Positions 1-7,770 of a stretch of 64,000 nt of DNA are shown piece by piece. The stretch comes from Clostridia bacterium (lineage in GTDB: Bacteria > Bacillota > Peptococcia > DRI-13 > SM3-B62). The stretch is from NCBI GenBank assembly GCA_018433675.1, contig JAHDQS010000006.1:66425-130424 (forward strand), written 5' to 3'. Under the pieces are notes generated by a model. That model saw only the letters and a program-made list of their open reading frames with translations. It searched no databases and was not told the DNA's origin. The translations under genes were made by a program, and so were the position numbers. Position 1 is the stretch's first letter. Each line of letters begins with the position of its first letter.

Positions 1-326
1 AGTTTTTGGGTAGTAATCCCAGGAATCGTATCTACGAATGGTTCTATCGCTTCCCGATTTTTATAATAATAGCCCGTGGTAACCATCTCGGGTGTAACTA
101 TAAGCTTCGCTCCATTTTTTGCAGCTTCAGTGATTACTTTTATCAAAGCATTAATATTTTCATCTCTCTTATTTAGTTGAGAATTGAATTGTACCGCAGC
201 AACTTTAAAAATTTTACTTTCTTTAACTGAAGTTTCTTTATTGGTTACATTAGTACAACCTACTAGAAAGAAAACAAAAATTAACATGAAAACAAATAAA
301 TTGATCAACAATGTATTTTTTTTCAT
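1..326 (-). CDS. Carbon-nitrogen hydrolase (nitrilase superfamily) family lipoprotein, 5' part only (gene runs off the window start)
   Basis: Not in the ORF track because it is partial. My reverse translation from the ATG at 324-326 gives MKKNTLLINLFVFMLIFVFFLVGC (signal peptide plus L-V-G-C lipobox), then FKVAAVQFNSQL and AKNGAKLIVTPEMVTTGYYY. The last two are the N-terminal strand and P-E catalytic-Glu motif typical of CN hydrolases. A GGGAGG RBS lies upstream. Confidence 0.6.
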   Translation of the reverse strand, partial: MKKNTLLINLFVFMLIFVFFLVGCTNVTNKETSVKESKIFKVAAVQFNSQLNKRDENINALIKVITEAAKNGAKLIVTPEMVTTGYYYKNREAIEPFVDTIPGITTQK

Positions 327-419
327 ATATATTCCTCCCTACTTTTAAACTTACAAACAGATCTTACAATCGTTTTATATAGCAGGTTTAGTTCTATAAG
401 GAAAACATCGAAATTAAGC

Positions 420-439
420 GGGGCCCGTTTAAGGGCCCC
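420..439 (-). terminator. GC-rich hairpin downstream of the transporter gene (candidate intrinsic terminator)
   Basis: GGGGCCC-GTTTAA-GGGCCCC perfect 7-bp stem about 20 nt after the stop of 460..1842. The U tract on the minus strand is weak. Confidence 0.4.
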
Positions 440-459
440 CTAAATTAGTACTCTTCTAC

Positions 460-1842
460 CTACATATCAATAACTTCAGATTCTCCTGGTCTTAATTCAG
501 ACATGCTTCCTTTAAATGATCCATACTTTAACCGAGTAATTCCCAACAAAACTAAGCATATTGCAACCATCACTGCGCCACCAAGCAGTACATTTCCTCT
601 TGCAACATAGATGGGTAACAGCGAAACAATAAATAATTCAATAAACGATATAAACACATAGGCCATACCGTAATCTTCTAGCGTCTTGCTCTTAAACTCT
701 GGGTCTACTATTCTAAGCAATGTAACACCCATCGCCACGACGCCTGTGCTCCAACCGTATACAAAAATCGAACGTTCAAACCAGAAATTATGGAATAGCT
801 TTCTGCCAATAAACAGTACAAAAAACATAGCATAGGCGATACCAATCACTAACATCAACGCAATAGGAGCTGCATACTTAATAACGATTGAAATCTTAAT
901 TGAAGCAACACCAAATGCAACAAGATAATCAGTTACACTACTTCCTATTCTTGTTACAACTTTTTTATCCACATATGTTCCAAGTCCTAAGAAATTTAAA
1001 ATAAACTGTAAAAGAACACCTGCAAGCATCGACAAACTCATCATCGGCAAACTAACATCAGGAAAAATAGCTTTAAAACCATAAAATGCATAATATCCAC
1101 CTGCTGATGCAATCAATACCAGTAAGACATGCCAAGTAAGTGGGTCTATCGACATGGGGTTTACTGTCTGCTTGCCCATTTCTTGTCTTTCATTTACTGG
1201 TACCAACCCAGTTTGCATGCTCTTGGGTAATTCACCCATTGTTTTAATAAATCTAGTTGCTTTCTTCCTTGTAGCATAATTAATTAAAACTAATCCACCC
1301 AGAATTCCAGAAAGAAGTCCTAAGGTTGCAAAAGTTTGGCCAATGGTTAAAGCTTCATCCCAACCTGCTACATCATTAAGAGTTCCCCCTATAGCCGCAG
1401 CATAACCATGCCCTCCAATAAAACCGGCGGGTAAAAGTATAGAAAAAGCATGATGTACTTCAGGGAAAAATTGGCTTAATAGGAATCCACCAACTACTAA
1501 TGCTATGCCAAACCCTCCAATTTCTGCTGCCAGATTCAGTGTGAAAGTATCACCTACTTGATTAATAACTTTTTTTAAGGAGGTTTTTTCACTATTCCCA
1601 ATAAATAACGATGCGAATAATACCACAACTAACATATAAGCATAACTAGATATCTTCGCAGTAAAAGGTACTATGCCTAAAAACTGATTACCCAAAAACA
1701 ATCCTGCAAAACCAGCAATTAAGGACGATGGCAAATATAGGTTTTGTACTATTTTTACTTTTGACCTGAGGTATTGAGCAATAAATAATAGTATTGACAT
1801 TAAGGCAAAGTCCATCAGCATATTATATGGTCCAAAATCCAT
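460..1842 (-). CDS. Polytopic membrane carrier, sodium/glutamate symporter (GltS)-like family
   Basis: 460-aa highly hydrophobic ORF. PAGFIGGHGYAAAIGG resembles the GltS SGGHGTGAAW motif, and overall layout resembles E. coli GltS as I remember it. Only 44 nt downstream of the hydrolase-like gene, so the same operon. Confidence 0.55.
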   Translation of the reverse strand: MDFGPYNMLMDFALMSILLFIAQYLRSKVKIVQNLYLPSSLIAGFAGLFLGNQFLGIVPFTAKISSYAYMLVVVLFASLFIGNSEKTSLKKVINQVGDTFTLNLAAEIGGFGIALVVGGFLLSQFFPEVHHAFSILLPAGFIGGHGYAAAIGGTLNDVAGWDEALTIGQTFATLGLLSGILGGLVLINYATRKKATRFIKTMGELPKSMQTGLVPVNERQEMGKQTVNPMSIDPLTWHVLLVLIASAGGYYAFYGFKAIFPDVSLPMMSLSMLAGVLLQFILNFLGLGTYVDKKVVTRIGSSVTDYLVAFGVASIKISIVIKYAAPIALMLVIGIAYAMFFVLFIGRKLFHNFWFERSIFVYGWSTGVVAMGVTLLRIVDPEFKSKTLEDYGMAYVFISFIELFIVSLLPIYVARGNVLLGGAVMVAICLVLLGITRLKYGSFKGSMSELRPGESEVIDM

Positions 1843-1886
1843 TGTTCATCCCACCTTTATTAAGTATTTATTGGCCTTTTTTTATC

Positions 1887-2780
1887 CTATTTTAAAGCTT
1901 CTTTAAAAAACTTATTTAGTTCCTTAATTAATTTCTGAAATTCAGTATGATCATCAAACATGAAATCATTATGTTTTCCATCAACCCAGTAAAGTTGCTT
2001 CGGTTCTAATGCTTTTTTATAGAAAGCTTCGGCTTCCTCGACAGGATGAAGCAAATTGTACTTACCATGACCAATAAAGATAGGTCTTGGAGATACTTTT
2101 GCCACACATTCTTCCGCATTAAAGTTGCACATAGATTCACCTAGGATATGAGCAATTTTCGGAGGATAGTCACCTTTGTCGGAAACATCTTTTATTTGAT
2201 ACCATGTATCTTTTGTGGCAGGGTCTAATGGATAAAAAACATAAGCATCATCATATTTGGATTCCCCTTCAACTACACGACGCACACGGTCTTCTTCCAT
2301 TAATTTCTTCATATTCATCCAATCAACATAACTATAAACAGTGCTCATCCATCTTTCTCCATCATACCAACCATTCAAGGAAGCTACGCATTTTACTCGC
2401 TGGTCTTCAGCCGTTACTTTAGTTACTATAGGTCCTCCCATTCCCCAGCCAATTAACCCTATTTGTTCAGGATTCACTTCAGGCTGTACCTGGGCAAATG
2501 TAATTGCATTTTTAATATCTTTTACTTCGTTTTCTAGAGTGACATATCCCACTTTTCCTTCACTGCTTTCGAATCCTCGATAATCAAATCCTAAACAAAC
2601 ATATCCTGCTTTTGTTAAACCTCTTGCGAAAAGTGCAGGATAAATTTTGTTCAACCCAGTGTATCCAGAATTAGGAATAATACAAGGACGCTTTTCTCCT
2701 TCCTTATAATCGTCCGGTAAGTACATTTTGCCGTCTAATTTGCATCCATCACTATAGAAAAAAATTTTACGTTCTTTCAC
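1887..2780 (-). CDS. Alpha/beta-hydrolase-fold protein (dienelactone-hydrolase / hydrolase_4-like) with a non-canonical nucleophile elbow
   Basis: 297 aa. GFDYRGFESSEG and LIGWGMGG elbow, C-terminal VDGKHNDF His motif. The elbow reads G-W-G-M-G (GGA Gly codon) where G-x-S-x-G is expected. First gene behind the sigma-54 promoter. Confidence 0.65.
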   Translation of the reverse strand: MKERKIFFYSDGCKLDGKMYLPDDYKEGEKRPCIIPNSGYTGLNKIYPALFARGLTKAGYVCLGFDYRGFESSEGKVGYVTLENEVKDIKNAITFAQVQPEVNPEQIGLIGWGMGGPIVTKVTAEDQRVKCVASLNGWYDGERWMSTVYSYVDWMNMKKLMEEDRVRRVVEGESKYDDAYVFYPLDPATKDTWYQIKDVSDKGDYPPKIAHILGESMCNFNAEECVAKVSPRPIFIGHGKYNLLHPVEEAEAFYKKALEPKQLYWVDGKHNDFMFDDHTEFQKLIKELNKFFKEALK

Positions 2781-2830
2781 TTCTTTCTTCCTCCCTTATT
2801 TTTTATTAAAATCGATTTGCTATTAGATAT

Positions 2831-2846
2831 TGCAATAAATATGCCA
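2831..2846 (-). promoter_or_regulatory. Sigma-54 (-24/-12) promoter
   Basis: The minus strand reads TGGCAT-ATTTA-TTGCA, against the consensus TGGCAC-N5-TTGCW. The -12 element lies about 50 nt upstream of the ATG at 2780. A sigma-54 activator gene sits 1.3 kb upstream. Confidence 0.75.
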
Positions 2847-2919
2847 AAACTATTTTTTTGTAAAATTCCTTTATAAAAGGCTTCTGCCTTATTAAAAATA
2901 ATAAAAGCAACCCTATATA

Positions 2920-2957
2920 TGTAAAAAAAAATTTACGTTAGTAAATTTTTTTTTACA
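2920..2957. promoter_or_regulatory. 38-bp perfect palindrome, candidate enhancer (UAS) for the sigma-54 activator
   Basis: TGTAAAAAAAAATTTAC-GTTA-GTAAATTTTTTTTTACA, with 17-bp perfect arms, a 4-bp spacer and TGT...ACA ends. It is centred about 90 bp upstream of the -24 element. Confidence 0.5.
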
Positions 2958-3136
2958 GAACACCTAATTAAGTTATCGTTTTTTAGTTATAAACCCCTGT
3001 TCTTCTATTATAATTGTTTTCGCAATAATAAATATTCAGTTAACATCTTGCCTCAAAATAGCTGCGGGGTTGATCTTTTAACCCATAATTCACTTTTTTC
3101 CTAGCGAAAAAGAACAACTATTGGTTATTACTTACA

Positions 3137-4078
3137 TTAATCACATAATAGTTCGTGTTCTACTAACCAGTCTCTGGCAACGACTATAACATTTTCGTTT
3201 TCTACATCAACATAATAATTTAATTTCATTATCTCTTCTAAATCTAAACGCGAACTTATGTCTTTTAATAGTTTTTCAATTTCTATATTTTTTCTAAGTA
3301 CTCCTTCACGAACAACAGGTGCTGCATGATATGGAGGAAAAAACTTTTTATCATCTTCCAAAGTGACAAGGTTAAAACCTGCTACTCGACCATCGGTTGC
3401 AAAGCCCATTGCTACGTCTATCGCTTTTTCTTTTAAAGATATATATGTTAAACCAGTATCCATTTTTATTACATTGTTACTAGAAAACTGGAAGTCATAT
3501 TTTTTCTCAAGTCCTTTAATACCATCTTCGCGAGCATAGAATTCCGCATTCGAACCAAATATTAAATCTCCCGGATTTTTATTAACATAATCTGCTAAAT
3601 CAGATAGTGTTTTGATGCCTTTCTCTTTTGCTTCCTCATTTCGCATTAAAATAGTATACGGGTTCTGAAAATTGGCTCTTTCTAACCATATTAACCCTCT
3701 CGCTTCATCTAGCTTTTTTACTTTTTGATAGGTAATTTCAGGATCTATTTGTTTTGGCTGTTTATTATATATAGTTAAACCGGTCCCTGTGTATTCCCAG
3801 CATATATCTATTTTCTCATTTTCGATTGCAGAGCGAACTACTGTACTGGGCATACCATTAACTTCTTCTACATCATAACCATTCTCAAATAAGTAAATTG
3901 CGGTGATTTTAGAAAGGATAATTTGCTCAGTAAAACCCTTACTCCCAATAACAAGTTTTCCCTTCTGTTGTACTTCAACTTTACTATTATCGTTTATATC
4001 CCTACAAGACCCCATGACACTCACCAGTATACCAATACAAAAAAGTAATAATAACCATTTACTATATGTTTTTTTCAT
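3137..4078 (-). CDS. Glycine betaine/choline-type (OpuAC/OpuBC-like) substrate-binding lipoprotein, orphan (no permease/ATPase nearby)
   Basis: 313 aa. Signal peptide with Cys (VSVMGSC). KLVIGSKGFTEQIILSKI ... IDICWEYTGTGL is typical of osmoprotectant-binding proteins. It starts 28 nt after the activator gene stop. Confidence 0.8.
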   Translation of the reverse strand: MKKTYSKWLLLLFCIGILVSVMGSCRDINDNSKVEVQQKGKLVIGSKGFTEQIILSKITAIYLFENGYDVEEVNGMPSTVVRSAIENEKIDICWEYTGTGLTIYNKQPKQIDPEITYQKVKKLDEARGLIWLERANFQNPYTILMRNEEAKEKGIKTLSDLADYVNKNPGDLIFGSNAEFYAREDGIKGLEKKYDFQFSSNNVIKMDTGLTYISLKEKAIDVAMGFATDGRVAGFNLVTLEDDKKFFPPYHAAPVVREGVLRKNIEIEKLLKDISSRLDLEEIMKLNYYVDVENENVIVVARDWLVEHELLCD

Positions 4079-4106
4079 AGCATCTCAGTCCTTTTACATT
4101 TCTTAT

Positions 4107-5510
4107 TTAGTCATGTAAATTATACTTTTGTAATTTATACAAGAACCTTTGCCTGGATATTTTTAAATATTTTGCCGCCTTAGCAAAACTACCATTAGCT
4201 TCATTAAGAGCTTTAACAATAAGTTGTTTTTCAAAATCCTCAATTTGGTCCGGCAAGGATTTCTTTGAAGATAGGTAATACGTTAATATATCTTTCTGTT
4301 GTTCCGATTTACTATTTAACCAAATGTCAACCGGAAAATCTTCTAGCTCTATGTTTTCGCTACGACTTAATACTGTTACTCGTTCGATAGCATTTTTAAG
4401 CTCGCGTATATTACCAGGCCATGTATATCTAATTAATAGTTCCATTACTTTATTATCAATAAAGAATGATCTTCCTAGCTTTTCTTCTTGAACAGAGAGG
4501 AATTGAATAGCAAGTAAGGGAATATCTTCTTTTCGTTCCCTTAACGATGGAACTCTAATTTTTATAATGTTTAAGCGATAGTATAGATCCTGACGAAATA
4601 ATTTTTCTGTAACCATTTTTACTAAATTACGATTCGTAGCGGTAATAATTCGTACATCAACTTGATTCAATTTATTGCTCCCTAATTGTGTAAAGCTCTT
4701 TTCTTGAGTAACCTGAAGCAACTTTGCCTGTAATGAAAGTGGCACTTCTCCAATTTCATCCAAAAAAATTGTTCCTCCGTTAGCAGCTTCAAATTTCCCA
4801 GTTCTGCTTTCATTCGCTCCCGTAAAAGCACCTTTAACATAACCAAAAAGTTCACTTTCCAAAAGATGTTCAGGAATAGTCGCACAATTAATCATGACAA
4901 AAGGTTTATCTTTGCGATGACTTTTTTCATGAATTCTTTTTGCCAACAAACTTTTCCCTGTACCACTTTCACCTTCTAAAAGAACAGTGACATCACTGTC
5001 TGCTACTTTATCTATCATATTACAAACCCGTTCCATAACACGGCTTTTACTTACAAACGTTTCTTCAATATCCCTTGATTTTACCATCTCTTTCAGTTTC
5101 TCATTTTCTTCCTTCATTTCAATCCAATTGAATGCTCGCTCTAAAAATATTTTTAGTTCTTCGAATCGGACCGGCTTGCAAATATAATCAAATGCTCCCA
5201 ATTTCATGGCAGTAACAGCACTTTCTACATTTCCGTAAGCAGTCAATATAATTGTTTTTAGGTTAGGATATAATGAATCTATTTTCATCATGATATCTAG
5301 TCCCGTCATATCTGGAAGCATAAGATCTAATAAAAGAACTTTTGTATTATGTTTATCTAACAAACTTAAAGCCTCTGTACCTGTTCCCGCTTGTAATACA
5401 TTATAGCCTTCATCTTCTAATTCACGAGCTAGAATTTGTCTTAGTTTAATTTCGTCATCGACCATAAGAATCGTCTTAATCACGAAAACTTCCCCTTCCA
5501 TTTTATTCAT
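4107..5510 (-). CDS. Sigma-54-dependent response regulator (NtrC family bacterial enhancer-binding protein)
   Basis: N-terminal REC (ILMVDDE ... LLDLMLPDM). AAA+ core with Walker A GESGTGKS, GAFTGA motif (KGAFTGA) and Walker B FLDEIGE. C-terminal Fis-type HTH (AAKYLKISRQRFLYKLQKY). Confidence 0.9.
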   Translation of the reverse strand: MNKMEGEVFVIKTILMVDDEIKLRQILARELEDEGYNVLQAGTGTEALSLLDKHNTKVLLLDLMLPDMTGLDIMMKIDSLYPNLKTIILTAYGNVESAVTAMKLGAFDYICKPVRFEELKIFLERAFNWIEMKEENEKLKEMVKSRDIEETFVSKSRVMERVCNMIDKVADSDVTVLLEGESGTGKSLLAKRIHEKSHRKDKPFVMINCATIPEHLLESELFGYVKGAFTGANESRTGKFEAANGGTIFLDEIGEVPLSLQAKLLQVTQEKSFTQLGSNKLNQVDVRIITATNRNLVKMVTEKLFRQDLYYRLNIIKIRVPSLRERKEDIPLLAIQFLSVQEEKLGRSFFIDNKVMELLIRYTWPGNIRELKNAIERVTVLSRSENIELEDFPVDIWLNSKSEQQKDILTYYLSSKKSLPDQIEDFEKQLIVKALNEANGSFAKAAKYLKISRQRFLYKLQKYNLHD

Positions 5511-5571
5511 TTTATATACTTATATTATGGTTCATCTGAGGAAACTCCGATACCTCATCGGTTATTCTTAC

Positions 5572-7674
5572 TTATTTGGGTAAAAAACATCTCATTGTCG
5601 TACCAATATTCACTTTACTTTCAACTGCAATACTTCCATTGTGTTGTGTGATAATTTCATGAACTATAGATAAACCTAAACCAGTACCTGTCTGCTTAGT
5701 TGAAAAGAACGGATTAAATATTCGCTGTAGATTGGACTCTTTAATTCCTACTCCTGTATCTTTAATGGAAACACACCAATACTTGTTTTGCTCCTCAATT
5801 GCAATTGTTAATTCTCCGTTATTTTCCATAGCATGTATACTGTTTAGAATCAAATTAAGAAAGGCCTGAGCAATACGATTTTTATCTCCTTTTATGACTG
5901 CATGATTCACACTGTAAAAGCGATGTAAGATAATGTTTTTTTCATATAAAGTGGTTCTCAATTTATGAAGCAAATCGTCTAAAACATGTATCAGGTCTAC
6001 TACTTCCACTTTCCCTATTTTTTCATTCGATAATTGTAGAAACTCTTGCAACAGTTTGTTCATTCTGTTTGTTGTATCTAAAATGTTTTTTGATAAATCT
6101 TCAACATATGGATCCTTTGTTTTGTTTTTTTTCTGTCTTCGCTGTAAAGCTTCTGAAGCAACAGAAATTATGTTTAATGGATTCTTAATTTCATGAGCTA
6201 TTCCGGCTGTTAACTGTCCTAAAGCAGCCAAGCGTTCCGATTGATAAAGGTGCTCTTGAAGCTTTTTCATTTCAGAGACATCTCGTATTACTATAATTGC
6301 TCCAGAATTATATAATTCTTCATTAAATAAAGAAGCACTGTAAAAACGAACATCATGTTTTTCTCCGTTCTTATCACAGACACATATTTCTGCTTCTTCT
6401 ATCACTTTATTACTCTCAAATGTATGTTTAAGTAATTCATTACCTTGTTTAAAAATCTTCAAGTTATATATCGAACAACCAATAACTTCTTCTCGAGAAA
6501 AAAGCAGTAATTCTTCCGCACCCCGATTAAAACTCTTGATTATTCCATCTCGATCAGTAGTAATAATAGCATATGGAATAGACTCTAAAATCTGAAACAA
6601 TGACTTCTCTTTATTAATTAATTCGCAAGCCATGCTATGCATAGTTTTTGATAATACGGTAATTTCATCTCCAGTATCAATTTCTTCAATGTCTAAGATT
6701 TCTCCTCTGCTATATCTCTTGGCCTGGTCAGTTAAATGAATAATCGGTTTTACTACTCGACTTGTCCCTAAATAAACCAAATAAATACTTATTAGTAAAA
6801 TTAATAAAAAATAGTGCAATAATAAAGAGGATAACTGAGTATTGGGTTTAAATGCTTGTTTAATCGGTTCACCAACAACAAGTCCAATGGTGTCATAAGA
6901 AATTGGATAATATGATACAATTGCGTCGTTATTAAATATTTCGCCTTCCCAAATACCATAACGTCCTTTCATTAAATACTTGCTTAGTACTGATTCTTCG
7001 ATATTTTCCCCAATATATTTCTTTTCTGAATGAGCAATTATGTTTCCCTTTCGATTTAATATAAAACAAAAACCCTCTTCCCCTAACCTACTTTGATAAA
7101 GAAAGTCTGATAACACTTCAAGGTTTAAGAATGCAATAAAACCACCTTCAAACTCTTCCGAAGTTTTTGAAATTGGTGTTGCAACACCAATTGTTTTTCT
7201 TCCATCCGGCAAAATTAGAATATCCGTTACATAAGGTGTCCTACTCCATTGTATTCGTTCAACTATTGATTTAAGATTAAGTTTTTGTTTATCAAGCACA
7301 ACTTGAGGTACCCTTTCATTTAATTCTCCATTTTTATCAAAGTACTGAATAAATAGATACCATGGTTTTGTAGCAACAATATTTTCCATTCGTTTTTTAA
7401 TTAGATATTGTTGATTAGCCTGCTCTTTAAAATATGATTCGTAAATAAAAAAATCATCTTCTATATCAGTAAATATTTGTTCAAAACGGATGCTTAGTGT
7501 TTTGTTAAGTAAATAATTTCGCTTTGTTATTTCTTGACGAAGAGCATTTTTTGAAAAATGATCTGCTAATACCCAGACAATTAACAAAGATGAGAATATG
7601 ATAGCAAGAGCAACAATAAAATAGCGCTTTGTTAATTTTGTATTAAAAATTTTTATCATAACAATATCACTCAC
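5572..7674 (-). CDS. Sensor histidine kinase (TM - Cache-like extracytoplasmic domain - TM - HAMP - PAS - HisKA - HATPase)
   Basis: 700 aa. Two hydrophobic segments flank a region of about 250 aa. PAS (ILESIPYAIITTDRDGII), H-box GIAHEIKNPLN, N/G boxes (NLILNSIHAM, DTGVGI, GTGLGLSI). Confidence 0.88.
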   Translation of the reverse strand: MSDIVMIKIFNTKLTKRYFIVALAIIFSSLLIVWVLADHFSKNALRQEITKRNYLLNKTLSIRFEQIFTDIEDDFFIYESYFKEQANQQYLIKKRMENIVATKPWYLFIQYFDKNGELNERVPQVVLDKQKLNLKSIVERIQWSRTPYVTDILILPDGRKTIGVATPISKTSEEFEGGFIAFLNLEVLSDFLYQSRLGEEGFCFILNRKGNIIAHSEKKYIGENIEESVLSKYLMKGRYGIWEGEIFNNDAIVSYYPISYDTIGLVVGEPIKQAFKPNTQLSSLLLHYFLLILLISIYLVYLGTSRVVKPIIHLTDQAKRYSRGEILDIEEIDTGDEITVLSKTMHSMACELINKEKSLFQILESIPYAIITTDRDGIIKSFNRGAEELLLFSREEVIGCSIYNLKIFKQGNELLKHTFESNKVIEEAEICVCDKNGEKHDVRFYSASLFNEELYNSGAIIVIRDVSEMKKLQEHLYQSERLAALGQLTAGIAHEIKNPLNIISVASEALQRRQKKNKTKDPYVEDLSKNILDTTNRMNKLLQEFLQLSNEKIGKVEVVDLIHVLDDLLHKLRTTLYEKNIILHRFYSVNHAVIKGDKNRIAQAFLNLILNSIHAMENNGELTIAIEEQNKYWCVSIKDTGVGIKESNLQRIFNPFFSTKQTGTGLGLSIVHEIITQHNGSIAVESKVNIGTTMRCFLPK

Positions 7675-7770
7675 TTCTCAATTAGTCCTATAATGAATAT
7701 CTATCACAAAATTTAAGGACTACTCTGTAATGATACCATAAAACAAGGCAAACAAAGTGAATAAAACAAA

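Noticed and set aside
2204-2583. Two plus-strand ORFs (72 and 80 aa) inside the hydrolase-like gene
   Set aside because: Antisense to a longer ORF with fold-diagnostic motifs. No RBS and His/Ser-rich composition.
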